A stretch of DNA of 64,000 bases from NCBI RefSeq assembly GCF_003018235.1, contig NZ_CP027437.1; one strand, given 5' to 3'. Positions 15,652 to 31,487 of this stretch are shown here, one piece after another (the first letter of the stretch is position 1; every line of letters begins with the position of its first letter). The notes under the pieces were generated by a model. It made no database searches. It was not told where the DNA came from and was given only the letters and a program-made list of their open reading frames with translations. Source of the stretch: Escherichia coli (lineage in GTDB: Bacteria > Pseudomonadota > Gammaproteobacteria > Enterobacterales > Enterobacteriaceae). Both the position numbers and the translations under genes were made by a program.

Positions 15652-18496
15652 TTGAAATACCTTGCTTCTTTTCGTACAACCCTGAAAGCCTCGCGCTACA
15701 TGTTCAGAGCATTGGCGTTAGTGCTCTGGCTGTTGATTGCTTTTTCATCCGTTTTTTACATCGTTAATGCGTTACATCAGCGAGAATCGGAAATTCGTCA
15801 GGAATTTAATCTGAGTTCCGATCAGGCTCAGCGCTTTATTCAACGCACCTCTGATGTGATGAAAGAGCTGAAGTACATAGCTGAAAATCGCTTATCGGCA
15901 GAAAACGGTGTGCTTTCCCCGCGTGGACGAGAAACGCAGACGGATGTGCCTGCGTTTGAACCGCTGTTTGCTGACTCTGATTGTTCCGCAATGAGTAACA
16001 CCTGGCGAGGCTCTCTGGAGTCATTGGCGTGGTTTATGCGCTACTGGCGCGATAATTTTTCTGCGGCTTACGATCTCAACCGGGTATTTTTAATCGGCAG
16101 CGATAACCTCTGCATGGCCAATTTCGGTCTGCGTGATATGCCAGTGGAACGCGATACCGCGTTGAAAGCGTTGCATGAACGCATCAATAAATATCGAAAT
16201 GCACCACAAGATGATAGCGGCAGTAACCTCTACTGGATCAGCGAAGGTCCGCGCCCTGGCGTCGGGTATTTTTACGCGTTGACGCCAGTTTATCTGGCGA
16301 ACCGGTTGCAGGCGCTTTTGGGTGTCGAGCAGACTATCCGGATGGAGAACTTTTTCTTACCTGGTACGTTGCCGATGGGGGTTACCATTCTTGATGAAAA
16401 TGGTCATACCCTGATTTCGCTTACCGGACCAGAAAGCAAAATTAAGGGCGATCCTCGCTGGATGCAGGAACGCTTCTGGTTTGGCTATACGGAAGGGTTC
16501 CGGGAGCTGGTGCTGAAGAAAAATCTGCCACCCTCATCGCTAAGCATCGTGTATTCGGTGCCGGTTGATAAGGTGCTGGAACGCATTCGCATGTTGATCC
16601 TTAACGCAATTTTGCTGAATGTGCTTGCCGGAGCTGCATTGTTTACTCTCGCGCGGATGTACGAGCGACGTATTTTCATTCCGGCGGAAAGCGACGCCCT
16701 GCGACTGGAAGAACATGAGCAGTTTAATCGCAAGATTGTCGCCTCCGCGCCAGTGGGTATCTGCATTTTGCGTACCGCTGATGGCGTCAATATTTTAAGT
16801 AACGAACTGGCGCATACCTATCTCAATATGCTTACGCATGAGGATCGCCAACGGCTGACACAAATTATCTGTGGGCAGCAGGTCAATTTTGTTGATGTCC
16901 TGACCAGCAACAATACCAATCTGCAAATCAGCTTCGTCCATTCGCGCTATCGTAATGAAAACGTGGCCATTTGTGTGCTGGTGGATGTTTCTTCGCGCGT
17001 GAAGATGGAAGAGTCGTTGCAGGAGATGGCACAAGCAGCGGAACAGGCGAGCCAGTCAAAATCGATGTTCCTTGCCACCGTCAGTCATGAGCTGCGAACG
17101 CCGCTGTATGGCATTATCGGTAACCTGGATCTGTTGCAAACCAAAGAGTTACCGAAAGGCGTCGATCGGCTGGTGACGGCAATGAACAACTCTTCCAGCC
17201 TGTTGTTGAAAATTATCAGCGATATTCTCGATTTCTCGAAAATTGAATCAGAACAGTTGAAGATCGAACCGCGTGAGTTTTCACCGCGTGAAGTGATGAA
17301 CCACATCACCGCCAACTATTTGCCGCTGGTGGTACGCAAGCAGCTAGGCTTGTACTGCTTTATTGAACCGGATGTGCCAGTGGCCTTAAATGGCGACCCA
17401 ATGCGTTTACAGCAGGTCATCTCCAACCTGTTGAGTAACGCCATAAAATTCACCGATACCGGCTGTATAGTTTTGCATGTTCGCGCTGATGGCGATTATC
17501 TCTCTATCCGTGTTCGCGATACCGGCGTGGGGATTCCGGCGAAAGAAGTCGTGCGCTTGTTTGATCCCTTCTTCCAGGTCGGAACGGGCGTACAGCGTAA
17601 CTTCCAGGGGACCGGTCTGGGTCTGGCGATTTGTGAAAAACTGATCAGCATGATGGACGGCGATATCTCGGTAGATTCAGAACCGGGAATGGGCAGCCAG
17701 TTTACCGTGCGTATTCCGTTGTACGGCGCTCAGTACCCGCAGAAAAAAGGCGTGGAAGGGTTGAGTGGTAAACGCTGCTGGCTGGCGGTCCGCAATGCGT
17801 CGCTCTGTCAGTTCCTGGAAACCAGTTTGCAGCGCAGCGGCATCGTCGTTACAACATACGAAGGGCAGGAACCGACTCCCGAAGATGTGTTAATTACTGA
17901 CGAGGTAGTGAGTAAAAAATGGCAGGGTAGAGCGGTAGTGACCTTCTGTCGTCGCCATATTGGTATTCCGCTGGAGAAAGCGCCAGGGGAGTGGGTACAC
18001 AGTGTGGCTGCCCCGCATGAGCTACCGGCATTGTTGGCGCGTATTTATTTGATCGAGATGGAGAGCGACGATCCTGCTAACGCTCTGCCGTTAACGGACA
18101 AAGCGGTCAGCGATAACGACGATATGATGATTCTGGTCGTGGATGATCATCCGATTAACCGGCGTCTTCTGGCAGATCAGTTGGGATCGTTGGGCTATCA
18201 ATGTAAAACCGCGAATGATGGCGTCGATGCGCTTAATGTACTTAGCAAGAATCATATTGATATCGTGCTTAGCGACGTCAACATGCCAAATATGGATGGT
18301 TACCGCTTGACGCAACGCATTCGTCAGTTGGGACTGACGTTGCCGGTAATCGGAGTAACTGCTAATGCGTTGGCTGAAGAGAAGCAGCGGTGTCTGGAGT
18401 CCGGTATGGACAGCTGCCTGTCGAAGCCGGTAACGCTGGATGTGATAAAACAGACGCTAACGGTATATGCCGAGAGGGTCAGGAAATCGCGGGATT

Positions 18497-18501
<5 letters not shown>
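15652..18501 (+). CDS. rcsC: Hybrid sensor kinase RcsC
   Basis: 949 aa with an HisKA H-box (SHELRTP), ATPase domain and C-terminal receiver. It is convergent with rcsB. Confidence 0.9.
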
Positions 18502-18700
<199 letters not shown>

Positions 18701-18702
<2 letters not shown>

Positions 18703-19351
18703 AGTCTTTATCTGCCGGACTTAACGTCACTGAAGAGAGATAATTCAGCAGGGCGATATCGTTCTCGACACCCAACTTCATCATCGCAGATTTCTTCTGG
18801 CTACTGATGGTTTTAATACTGCGGTTCAGCTTTTTAGCGATCTCGGTCACCAGGAAGCCTTCCGCAAACAGGCGCAGAACTTCACTCTCTTTTGGCGAGA
18901 GACGCTTGTCACCGTAACCACCAGCACTGATTTTTTCCAACAGGCGAGAAACGCTTTCCGGGGTAAATTTCTTCCCTTTCTGCAGCGCGGCGAGAGCTTT
19001 CGGCAGATCGGTCGGTGCACCTTGTTTCAGCACGATCCCTTCGATATCCAGATCCAATACCGCACTAAGAATCGCCGGGTTGTTGTTCATGGTCAGAACG
19101 ATGATCGACAGGCTTGGGAAATGGCGCTTGATGTACTTGATTAAGGTAATGCCATCGCCGTACTTATCGCCAGGCATGGAGAGATCGGTAATCAACACAT
19201 GCGCATCCAGTTTCGGCAGGTTGTTGATCAGTGCTGTAGAGTCTTCAAATTCGCCGACAACATTCACCCACTCAATTTGCTCAAGTGATTTGCGAATACC
19301 GAACAAGACTATCGGATGGTCATCGGCAATAATTACGTTCATATTGTTCAT
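18701..19351 (-). CDS. rcsB: Response regulator RcsB (LuxR/FixJ family); the six-frame ORF runs to 19396 but the start MNNMNVIIADDHP at 19351 is the likely one
   Basis: Receiver domain plus C-terminal LuxR HTH; 216 aa from the internal Met. Confidence 0.9.
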
Positions 19352-19367
19352 GTAATAGGCTACCTTG

Positions 19368-22040
19368 CTACAGCAAGCTCTTGACATAACTGTCAATGTC
19401 GCTGATGTATTTTTCTATTCCTGGAACATCCTTTTCACGAATCAGATGTTCCAGCGTTTCACATAACTGCTTGCCGGGTACCAGATTTAGCATGGCAAAT
19501 ACGCCTTTAAGACGATGAGCCGTTTGGGCTAACGCAGCAAAGTCACTGGTTGCTGCTTCAGTATACAGCCTCTTAACATCATCCGGTACTGTGTCTACAA
19601 AGAGCGCATAATAGCCGCTGGCATGGAGTTGCGCATTTTCATCTCCGCCCAGAGGCGATTCTGTCACCTCTTCCTGCGCCAGTTGCACTTCAATTAATTG
19701 TAAGACCGCTTCCTGCATAGCGTTGCTCATATTGAAGTTGACGCACAATTGACCAGGCCCAATTTCCCGTACGCCAGACTCATCATCGCTTAAAAGCAAG
19801 CCAGAGGCAGTAAGATTAGACGGATTATCCGTTAAAAAGATATCATAATCTTGACTAATTAATCTTTCATCGGGTGTGATACAGGTTGCACCCCAATTTT
19901 CTAACTGGCGAGTGACAATATTCCGAATTTCTGCCGAAGTAACATCCACCATTACGCAGACATCATCCAGTAAACGCTCTTCTTCCTCTTCAACTTCTGG
20001 GTCAGCTGCGAGCATTTTGATATGCACAGAGTAACGTGTACCAAGCCCATCCCGCGTTTTGATGTTTAAATGACCGCCCAGTTTACGTGCCAGTTGATCG
20101 CTCAGCCAGAATGCCAGCGGGTCCGCCTTGCCATAGCGATCGTTTTGGGTCTGGTTGATAAACGGGAAGTGCAAATTATCCATTTCATGAATGCTTACGC
20201 CTTCTCCGGTGTCAAGAATGCGGAACGTCAGGCGGTCTTCGGAGGACTCATCCTGATCAACCTCAAGGGTGATTTTTCCCAATTGCGTTGAGGTCACGGC
20301 ATATTGCATCAGTAGCAGCAAAATACGTCGTAAGGCATCGCGATCGCCGCGGCGCATATCGTGTGCTTTCAGATGATTGTTAATCAGCAGTTGCAGACCT
20401 TTACGCTTGATGGCAGGCAACACTGAAGGCACAACTTCATCAATCAAATCCTGCACGGAGAACAGCACCGTCTCACTTTTCCAGCTATCGTCCGCAAGCA
20501 TGTTCGCTAACTGTATTTCATCGACCAGCCGCACCAGCACATCTGCCTGATTCGCCAGTTGTTTGCTTTCCGGGGCGTTGAGTTTAGCCGCGCTCTCTGC
20601 CAGGGACTGTGCGGGTTCTTTCAGCGCATCGCCAATGTTTTTCATAAAGGTCATCCGCCCCTGCTGGTTTTTCTCATACAGACGCTGCGCCTGCTTGAGT
20701 TTCTTGTTTACCAGCACTTCGCGATCCTGATCGCGAATAATGAAAATTTGTGTGCGCGGCGCAACCTGGCTGCGGAACATGCGGATCTCATACAGCTCGT
20801 TATTGATCGTCGCCTGAATAATCCCCTGATGCTGTTCCGCCATGGTGGTGATGTTTTGCAGATTCAAATGCGGCAGCAAATGATCGGCAATTTTGTTACT
20901 TATGACAGTGCGGTTCGATTCCTGATCGTGAACCAGCAGGCCAAGCGGCAGCAGTGAGACTATCTCTTCATTGATTGCCCGTAAAATGCGCAATTCGTTA
21001 TTGACCGCCGTGCTGGGGACGCTTTCTGTACTGCGGCTGGAGAAATGGCGGAATGTGGTATAGCCAAATAACGCCAGCGCCAGCAAACCAATGTTCAGCA
21101 GCAGTGGCAGCAGAATGTTTTGCAACGTATCCAGCAATAAGGTGCCATAAGGAACCTGCCAGACCAGGCGCATATCGGTAGAGTTGAGTGCCGAGGAGAT
21201 TTCAATCTTCGTACTGTTAAAGTGGATACTGACGCTATCCGTCCCTTCTTTCTCATTATCATTGTTTCCCGTTGCCGTCGCGTCTGGCTCAAGGCGGAAA
21301 CTGTCCAGCGGCATACCCGGTGGGATCAAATCATTAATCGGCAGATCAAAAGCCACGACCGTTGCCAGATGTCCCGGCTGGTTGAACGTGGTACGCAAGG
21401 TAAAGTAATGACCGTTCTGCCAGGCCAGGCGGCGCATGTTAGAAAAGCTTTCGCGTTCATCGAGGGCGTTGGCCTGTTGCAACATCTCTGCACGACGTGA
21501 ATCAACAATGTCGCTGACGGTCGATTCTTTAAATCCGGAGGTGAGATCTTTGAGGGGCAGGGTTGAGATCAGCACCAGACTGTTATCCTGACCATTCAGG
21601 TAATACATCGACCACGGTACATTTTCTGCGCCCCACAATGTATCCAGATAAGTGGACATCCGTTGAGTCATCTCAAGCGTTGAGTTGTCGTGAGAGCCAA
21701 AGATTAACGCTTCCGTTTTGCGGCGTGGTTTCTCCAGATAGTAGACATCCTGTTTCAGGCGCGTCTCTTGTAAACCTTCGCCGGAGGAGGGGGAGGTCGT
21801 CGCGGCAATGTTGTCGTAGATCTGCCAGGTCACGTAACGCCAGGTATCGACGCGCTTTTGGATAGCGTGGGTAATGTCGACAATCTGGTAACTTTTATCT
21901 TTCAGCCAGGCGTTAACGGCGCTTTGTACCATTACCCCCATCGTCACCAGTAACACAATGATCAACAGTAAAAAGAAGCGGGTAATGCTCCCCGGTAGGA
22001 GTGAAAAGCGGGTCGTGGCCGTTGTCTCTTTCTGACGCAT
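19368..22040 (-). CDS. rcsD: Phosphotransfer protein RcsD (YojN)
   Basis: 890 aa with an N-terminal TM/periplasmic domain and a C-terminal HPt-like domain, immediately upstream of rcsB. Confidence 0.85.
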   Translation of the reverse strand: MRQKETTATTRFSLLPGSITRFFLLLIIVLLVTMGVMVQSAVNAWLKDKSYQIVDITHAIQKRVDTWRYVTWQIYDNIAATTSPSSGEGLQETRLKQDVYYLEKPRRKTEALIFGSHDNSTLEMTQRMSTYLDTLWGAENVPWSMYYLNGQDNSLVLISTLPLKDLTSGFKESTVSDIVDSRRAEMLQQANALDERESFSNMRRLAWQNGHYFTLRTTFNQPGHLATVVAFDLPINDLIPPGMPLDSFRLEPDATATGNNDNEKEGTDSVSIHFNSTKIEISSALNSTDMRLVWQVPYGTLLLDTLQNILLPLLLNIGLLALALFGYTTFRHFSSRSTESVPSTAVNNELRILRAINEEIVSLLPLGLLVHDQESNRTVISNKIADHLLPHLNLQNITTMAEQHQGIIQATINNELYEIRMFRSQVAPRTQIFIIRDQDREVLVNKKLKQAQRLYEKNQQGRMTFMKNIGDALKEPAQSLAESAAKLNAPESKQLANQADVLVRLVDEIQLANMLADDSWKSETVLFSVQDLIDEVVPSVLPAIKRKGLQLLINNHLKAHDMRRGDRDALRRILLLLMQYAVTSTQLGKITLEVDQDESSEDRLTFRILDTGEGVSIHEMDNLHFPFINQTQNDRYGKADPLAFWLSDQLARKLGGHLNIKTRDGLGTRYSVHIKMLAADPEVEEEEERLLDDVCVMVDVTSAEIRNIVTRQLENWGATCITPDERLISQDYDIFLTDNPSNLTASGLLLSDDESGVREIGPGQLCVNFNMSNAMQEAVLQLIEVQLAQEEVTESPLGGDENAQLHASGYYALFVDTVPDDVKRLYTEAATSDFAALAQTAHRLKGVFAMLNLVPGKQLCETLEHLIREKDVPGIEKYISDIDSYVKSLL

Positions 22041-22351
22041 TCGTGTTTATGACCTGTTAAAACTTCGCGAAGTGATAGGGCAGTATAAAGGGTACAGTGT
22101 GAAATTCCAGACTCTTACCTGATTGATGATTTTCTATTCTCCCGTGATATTTATCATCCTGCATTGGGGGAAATAGATGTACAAGCGCCATTTTGCTGTA
22201 CAAATAACCTACAAAAAGCCCAACGAAATTAATTGCAAATAAACGAAGATTGCTGGAAATTATGCTGATGTTAATTATTTGTGAAATAGTTAACAAGCGT
22301 TATAGTTTTTCTGTGGTAGCACAGAATAATGAAAAGTGTGTAAAGAAGGGT

Positions 22352-22444
22352 AAAAAAAACCGGATGCGAGGCATCCGGTTGAAATAGGGGTAAACAGACA
22401 TTCAGAAATGAATGACGGTAATAAATAAAGTTAATGATGATAGC
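22352..22444 (-). ncRNA. micF: MicF antisense sRNA
   Basis: The plus strand carries the exact reverse complement of the micF body (…gctatcatcattaactttatttattaccgtcattcatttctgaatgtctgtttacccctatttcaaccggatgcctcgcatccggtttttttt), divergent from ompC. Confidence 0.9.
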
Positions 22445-22763
22445 GGGAGTTATTCTAGTTGCGAGTGAAGGTTTTGTTTTGACATTCAGTGCTGTCAAAT
22501 ACTTAAGAATAAGTTATTGATTTTAACCTTGAATTATTATTGCTTGATGTTAGGTGCTTATTTCGCCATTCCGCAATAATCTTAAAAAGTTCCCTTCTAT
22601 TTACATTTTGAAACATCTATAGCGATAAATGAAACATCTTAAAAGTTTTAGTATCATATTCGTGTTGGATTATTCTGCATTTTTGGGGAGAATGGACTTG
22701 CCGACTGATTAATGAGGGTTAATCAGTATGCAGTGGCATAAAAAAGCAAATAAAGGCATATAA

Positions 22764-23906
<1,143 letters not shown>

Positions 23907-24017
23907 TCTCGATGGATATCGAACAAAGGGCCTGCTGGCCCTTTTTTCATTGTTTTCAGCGTACAAACACAGTTTTTTGGTGTACTCTTGCGACCGTTCG
24001 CATGAGGATAATCACGT

Positions 24018-25073
24018 ATGGAAATAAGCTTTACCCGCGTGGCACTGCTGGCTGCCGCGCTCTTCTTTGTTGGTTGCGATCAAAAACCACAACCCGCCAA
24101 AACCCACGCTACTGAAGTTACCGTCCTTGAAGGCAAAACTATGGGTACCTTCTGGCATGCCAGCATTCCGGGCATTGACGCCAAACGCAGTGCCGAACTT
24201 AAAGAAAAGATTCAAACCCAGCTGGACGCCGACGATCAGCTGCTTTCGACCTATAAAAAAGATTCCGCGCTGATGCGATTTAACGACTCGCAAAGTTTAT
24301 CGCCGTGGCCGGTAAGTGAAGCGATGGCCGATATCGTCACTACCTCGCTACGCATTGGCGCGAAGACCGATGGCGCGATGGATATAACCGTCGGGCCGCT
24401 GGTGAATCTGTGGGGTTTCGGTCCGGAACAACAGCCGGTTCAAATTCCGAGCCAGGAACAGATCGATGCGATGAAAGCCAAAACCGGCTTACAGCACCTG
24501 ACGGTGATTAATCAGTCCCACCAGCAATATCTGCAAAAAGACCTGCCGGATTTATATGTCGATCTCTCTACCGTCGGTGAAGGTTATGCGGCGGATCACC
24601 TGGCACGCTTGATGGAGCAGGAAGGGATTTCCCGCTATCTGGTGTCGGTGGGCGGCGCGCTGAACAGCCGTGGTATGAACGGTGCAGGCCAGCCGTGGCG
24701 GGTAGCGATTCAAAAACCAACCGATCAGGAAAATGCGGTTCAGGCGGTGGTGGATATCAACGGTCATGGCATTAGCACCTCTGGCAGCTACCGTAACTAT
24801 TACGAACTGGACGGCAAACGTCTTTCCCATGTTATCGATCCGCAAACCGGGCGTCCCATCGAACACAATCTGGTATCCGTGACGGTGATTGCTCCGACGG
24901 CGCTGGAAGCCGATGCCTGGGATACTGGCTTGATGGTACTCGGGCCGGAGAAAGCCAAAGAGGTTGTTCGCCGGGAAGGGCTGGCGGTTTATATGATCAC
25001 CAAAGAAGACGATAGCTTTAAAACCTGGATGTCACCACAGTTTAAAAGCTTCCTTGTCAGCGAAAAAAATTAA
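24018..25073 (+). CDS. apbE: FAD:protein FMN transferase ApbE
   Basis: 351-aa lipoprotein (LAAALFFVGC) of the ApbE family. Confidence 0.85.
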   Translation: MEISFTRVALLAAALFFVGCDQKPQPAKTHATEVTVLEGKTMGTFWHASIPGIDAKRSAELKEKIQTQLDADDQLLSTYKKDSALMRFNDSQSLSPWPVSEAMADIVTTSLRIGAKTDGAMDITVGPLVNLWGFGPEQQPVQIPSQEQIDAMKAKTGLQHLTVINQSHQQYLQKDLPDLYVDLSTVGEGYAADHLARLMEQEGISRYLVSVGGALNSRGMNGAGQPWRVAIQKPTDQENAVQAVVDINGHGISTSGSYRNYYELDGKRLSHVIDPQTGRPIEHNLVSVTVIAPTALEADAWDTGLMVLGPEKAKEVVRREGLAVYMITKEDDSFKTWMSPQFKSFLVSEKN

Positions 25074-25146
25074 AGCGCAAGATTGTTGGTTTTTGCGTGA
25101 TGGTGACCGGGCAGACTAAAGGCTATCCTTAACCAAGGAGCTGATT

Positions 25147-26211
25147 ATGAAAAACGCCACATGCTTAACTGACGATCAACGCTGGCAATCTGTCTTAGCC
25201 CGCGACCCGAATGCCGACGGCGAATTCGTTTTCGCCGTGCGCACCACGGGTATCTTTTGCCGTCCGTCTTGCCGCGCCAGACATGCCTTGCGGGAAAATG
25301 TCTCCTTCTACGCAAATGCCAGCGAGGCACTCGCCGCCGGATTTCGCCCCTGCAAACGTTGTCAGCCAGACAAAGCCAATCCCCGGCAACATCGCCTTGA
25401 TAAAATTACCCACGCCTGCCGACTGCTGGAACAGGAAACGCCTGTAACGCTGGAGGCCTTAGCCGATCAGGTGGCGATGAGTCCGTTCCATCTGCATCGA
25501 TTGTTTAAAGCCACCACCGGGATGACACCGAAAGCCTGGCAACAGGCCTGGCGCGCTCGCCGTTTGCGCGAGTCGTTAGCGAAAGGGGAGAGCGTGACTA
25601 CATCTATTCTTAACGCCGGATTCCCCGACAGCAGCAGTTACTACCGCAAAGCCGACGAAACGCTGGGCATGACGGCTAAACAATTCCGTCACGGTGGCGA
25701 AAATCTGGCGGTGCGTTACGCGCTGGCTGATTGTGAGCTGGGCCGTTGCCTGGTGGCAGAAAGCGAGCGGGGGATTTGCGCGATATTGCTGGGCGATGAT
25801 GACGCGACACTAATCAGCGAGTTGCAGCAGATGTTTCCCGCTGCCGACAAAGCGCCTGCCGATCTGACGTTTCAGCAACATGTGCGTGAAGTGATCGCCA
25901 GCCTCAATCAACGCGATACGCCGCTGACGTTACCGCTGGATATTCGCGGCACTGCTTTTCAGCAACAAGTCTGGCAGGCACTGCGCACGATACCTTGTGG
26001 TGAAACCGTCAGTTATCAGCAACTGGCGAACGCCATCGGCAAACCGAAAGCGGTACGTGCCGTTGCCAGCGCCTGTGCCGCCAACAAGCTGGCTATCATA
26101 ATACCCTGTCATCGGGTGGTCCGTGGTGATGGCACACTTTCCGGTTACCGCTGGGGCGTGTCGCGCAAAGCGCAACTGCTGCGCCGCGAAGTTGAAAATG
26201 AGGAGAGGTAA
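25147..26211 (+). CDS. ada: Ada: O6-methylguanine-DNA methyltransferase and AraC-type regulator
   Basis: N-terminal Zn Cys cluster (CRPSCRARH), AraC HTH, and C-terminal PCHRV active site. Confidence 0.9.
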   Translation: MKNATCLTDDQRWQSVLARDPNADGEFVFAVRTTGIFCRPSCRARHALRENVSFYANASEALAAGFRPCKRCQPDKANPRQHRLDKITHACRLLEQETPVTLEALADQVAMSPFHLHRLFKATTGMTPKAWQQAWRARRLRESLAKGESVTTSILNAGFPDSSSYYRKADETLGMTAKQFRHGGENLAVRYALADCELGRCLVAESERGICAILLGDDDATLISELQQMFPAADKAPADLTFQQHVREVIASLNQRDTPLTLPLDIRGTAFQQQVWQALRTIPCGETVSYQQLANAIGKPKAVRAVASACAANKLAIIIPCHRVVRGDGTLSGYRWGVSRKAQLLRREVENEER

Positions 26212-26861
26212 TGTTGGATCTGTTTGCCGATGCTGAACCGTGGCAAGAGCCACTGGCGGCTGGAGCGGTGATTTTACGGCGTTTTGCTTTTAACGCTGCG
26301 GAGCAACTGATCCGCGATATTAATGATGTTGCCAGCCAGTCGCCGTTTCGCCAGATGGTCACTCCAGGCGGATATACCATGTCGGTGGCGATGACCAACT
26401 GTGGGCATCTGGGCTGGACGACCCATCGGCAAGGTTATCTCTATTCGCCCATTGATCCGCAAACAAATAAACCGTGGCCCGCCATGCCACAAAGCTTTCA
26501 TGATTTATGTCAACGTGCGGCTACGGCGGCGGGCTATCCAGATTTCCAGCCAGATGCTTGTCTTATCAACCGCTACGCTCCTGGCGCGAAACTGTCGCTG
26601 CATCAGGATAAAGACGAACCGGATCTGCGCGCGCCGATTGTTTCTGTTTCTCTGGGCTTACCCGCGATTTTTCAATTTGGCGGCCTGAAACGAAATGATC
26701 CGCTAAAACGTTTGTTGTTGGAACATGGCGATGTGGTGGTATGGGGCGGTGAATCGCGGCTGTTTTATCATGGCATTCAACCGTTGAAAGCGGGGTTTCA
26801 TCCACTCGCCGGCGACTGCCGCTACAACCTGACATTCCGGCAGGCAGGTAAAAAAGAATAA
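26211..26861 (+). CDS. alkB: AlkB Fe(II)/2-oxoglutarate DNA dioxygenase
   Basis: 216 aa; its start overlaps the ada stop (ATGTTGGAT). HxD...H motif context. Confidence 0.9.
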   Translation: MLDLFADAEPWQEPLAAGAVILRRFAFNAAEQLIRDINDVASQSPFRQMVTPGGYTMSVAMTNCGHLGWTTHRQGYLYSPIDPQTNKPWPAMPQSFHDLCQRAATAAGYPDFQPDACLINRYAPGAKLSLHQDKDEPDLRAPIVSVSLGLPAIFQFGGLKRNDPLKRLLLEHGDVVVWGGESRLFYHGIQPLKAGFHPLAGDCRYNLTFRQAGKKE

Positions 26862-26936
26862 AAATAAGAATTATTATTGCTGTGTGCGCGAAGATGTTTA
26901 AACTGCGGGCTGTAATTCATTGTCCGGGTTTTCTGC

Positions 26937-28580
26937 ATGGAACTTCTTGTACTTGTCTGGCGGCAGTATCGCTGGCCATTTATCAGTGTGATGGCGCTAA
27001 GCCTCGCCAGTGCGGCTTTAGGCATTGGCTTAATTGCTTTTATCAATCAGCGCCTTATCGAAACGGCGGATACCAGTCTGCTGGTGTTGCCGGAGTTTCT
27101 GGGATTATTGCTGCTGTTGATGGCAGTCACTCTCGGATCGCAACTGGCGCTCACCACTTTGGGGCATCACTTCGTTTACCGACTGCGTAGTGAATTTATC
27201 AAGCGGATTCTTGATACTCACGTCGAGCGCATTGAACAACTCGGTAGCGCCTCGTTGCTGGCGGGATTAACCAGCGATGTGCGCAATATCACCATTGCTT
27301 TTGTGCGTCTGCCGGAACTGGTGCAGGGGATCATCCTCACTATCGGTTCCGCGGCGTACTTGTGGATGCTGTCGGGCAAAATGTTGCTGGTAACGGCTAT
27401 CTGGATGGCAGTCACCATCTGGGGCGGTTTTATACTGGTGGCGCGGGTGTACAAACATATGGCGACCCTGCGTGAAACCGAAGATAAGCTGTACACGGAT
27501 TTTCAAACCGTACTCGAAGGGCGCAAAGAGCTGACTCTGAACCGTGAACGCGCCGAGTATGTGTTTAACAACCTCTACATTCCTGATGCGCAAGAGTATC
27601 GCCATCATATTATCCGCGCAGACACCTTCCATCTTAGTGCCGTGAACTGGTCAAACATCATGATGCTGGGCGCAATCGGCCTGGTGTTCTGGATGGCGAA
27701 CAGTCTCGGTTGGGCTGATACCAACGTTGCCGCGACCTATTCGTTGACGCTGTTATTCCTGCGTACGCCGCTGCTTTCGGCGGTTGGCGCATTACCGACG
27801 CTGCTGACGGCGCAGGTGGCGTTTAACAAGCTGAACAAATTCGCGCTCGCACCTTTCAAAGCAGAGTTTCCACGCCCACAGGCGTTTCCCAACTGGCAAA
27901 CGCTGGAGCTGCGTAACGTGACGTTTGCTTATCAGGATAATGCGTTTTCCGTTGGGCCGATTAACCTCACCATTAAACGTGGCGAGCTGCTGTTTCTGAT
28001 TGGTGGCAACGGTAGTGGAAAATCGACGCTGGCGATGTTGCTGACGGGCTTGTATCAGCCACAAAGCGGCGAAATCTTGCTGGATGGCAACCCTGTCAGC
28101 GGCGAACAACCGGAAGATTATCGCAAACTGTTTTCGGCAGTGTTTACCGATGTCTGGCTGTTTGATCAACTGCTGGGGCCGGAGGGGCAACCCGCTAACC
28201 CGCAACTGGTTGAGAAGTGGCTGGCGCAGCTGAAAATGGCTCATAAGCTTGAGTTAAGTAACGGGCGTATTGTTAACCTGAAGTTATCGAAAGGGCAGAA
28301 AAAACGCGTGGCGCTGTTGCTGGCGCTGGCAGAAGAACGCGATATTATCCTGCTGGATGAATGGGCGGCGGATCAGGATCCACACTTCCGTCGTGAGTTT
28401 TATCAGGTGCTGCTGCCGCTGATGCAGGAGATGGGTAAAACGATTTTCGCCATCAGTCATGATGATCATTACTTTATCCACGCTGACCGCCTGCTGGAAA
28501 TGCGCAACGGGCTACTTAGCGAGCTGATAGGCGAAGAGCGCGATGCTGCTTCGCGTGATGCCGTTGCCCGGACGGCATAA
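26937..28580 (+). CDS. yojI: ABC exporter fusion protein (microcin J25 efflux) YojI
   Basis: 547 aa with an N-terminal 6-TM domain and a C-terminal ABC ATPase ([25 protein letters not shown]). Confidence 0.85.
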   Translation: MELLVLVWRQYRWPFISVMALSLASAALGIGLIAFINQRLIETADTSLLVLPEFLGLLLLLMAVTLGSQLALTTLGHHFVYRLRSEFIKRILDTHVERIEQLGSASLLAGLTSDVRNITIAFVRLPELVQGIILTIGSAAYLWMLSGKMLLVTAIWMAVTIWGGFILVARVYKHMATLRETEDKLYTDFQTVLEGRKELTLNRERAEYVFNNLYIPDAQEYRHHIIRADTFHLSAVNWSNIMMLGAIGLVFWMANSLGWADTNVAATYSLTLLFLRTPLLSAVGALPTLLTAQVAFNKLNKFALAPFKAEFPRPQAFPNWQTLELRNVTFAYQDNAFSVGPINLTIKRGELLFLIGGNGSGKSTLAMLLTGLYQPQSGEILLDGNPVSGEQPEDYRKLFSAVFTDVWLFDQLLGPEGQPANPQLVEKWLAQLKMAHKLELSNGRIVNLKLSKGQKKRVALLLALAEERDIILLDEWAADQDPHFRREFYQVLLPLMQEMGKTIFAISHDDHYFIHADRLLEMRNGLLSELIGEERDAASRDAVARTA

Positions 28581-28785
28581 TATTACGACGCTGACCTGGC
28601 GGACTGCTGCCGCCAGGTTAATATGCTAAAAATCCCTTCATTTCTAATAACCCTATAATTAATCAACGAAATTATAATGTTTCTAAAATTAGAATATAAT
28701 TTATAAACATTATTTAAATGTTGTTACTTAAGTGTTACCGTTGATGCCGCGCAAATCTCACCTGCAATAAAGCGACTAAAAGTAA

Positions 28786-30444
<1,659 letters not shown>

Positions 30445-30449
30445 TGATG

Positions 30450-30575
30450 TGCCACATCCGGCATGGTATGCCGGATGTGGCGTATGCTGATAAGACGCGC
30501 CAGCGTCGCATCAGGCAACCGGCTCGGGCGTTGGATCGGATGCGGCGTGACCGCCTTATTCGGCCTACGGGTTGC
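30450..30575. repeat. REP/BIME element between mqo and eco
   Basis: gccggatgtggcgt... / gatgcggcgtgaccgccttattcggcctac palindromic units. Confidence 0.8.
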
Positions 30576-30591
30576 AGCACTTCACAGTAGT

Positions 30592-31080
30592 TTAGCGAAC
30601 AACCGCGTTGTCAATTTTCTCTTCCGCCTTCCAGACGCGGTACTTCACATCCACATTGTCTGGCGTATACACCACGATCGGCAGCTTGCTGTTGTAACGC
30701 AGCATTCCGGCATCGCCCAGATACGCGGTGACAAATTTCTTCTCTTTCTTGCCATCCGGGCAGGCCATCATCGTGGAAACCGGCGAGCTAACTTTATCAA
30801 AGACATAATAATCATAACCCCAGCCTTCCAGCGTTTTGCTTTCCAGCTTCCCGCCGAGACGATGCAAATTGCAGTCGACTTCCAGCGTCTGGCCGATTAA
30901 CAGTTCTACTTTCAGGGTAGATTCATCTTCTTGCGGGGTTAACTGAATCACCTGGCGCTTCATGCCTTTTTCAGCTTGTGGATAAGGCGCGATTTTTTCC
31001 AGTGGCTGGACGCTTTCTGCCGCCCAGGCGGAAGTGGTGGCGAAAGCGGCAAACAATACTGCAGGTAGAATGGTCTTCAT
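30592..31080 (-). CDS. eco: Ecotin, periplasmic serine protease inhibitor
   Basis: 162 aa with a signal peptide. The sequence matches ecotin. Confidence 0.9.
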
Positions 31081-31487
31081 TTTTTTGCTTTCCTTCTTTA
31101 TTTATAGGTTTTCACCGATGATGTCGCTGAAGGTTAACATATTCATCAGATTTATTAATTTGCTTTATGAATAACTTAAAGAACATTCAGACAATTTTAC
31201 CTGCTCTTTTAGTGTTAAATTCTGATGAGAGAGCAAACCAACAGAAATATTTCTGGTTAATTAATCGCTATATAAATATGTTTATAACCATTTGAAATGT
31301 GAGCAAAAGCCCGTTTTTGCCACGCTTCCCGCCACTCTTTTGATCCTGCTACAGGTTTTACCCCGATCGGGGTATGCATCTTTGACACATCCTTTAATAT
31401 CTTAGCGGCTATAAAAATGGCTTATTAATTATGCGGTTTATTTGGTCGCTCTCAATTTTCAGAGCGCGTTAATGATGGAAGGTCAAT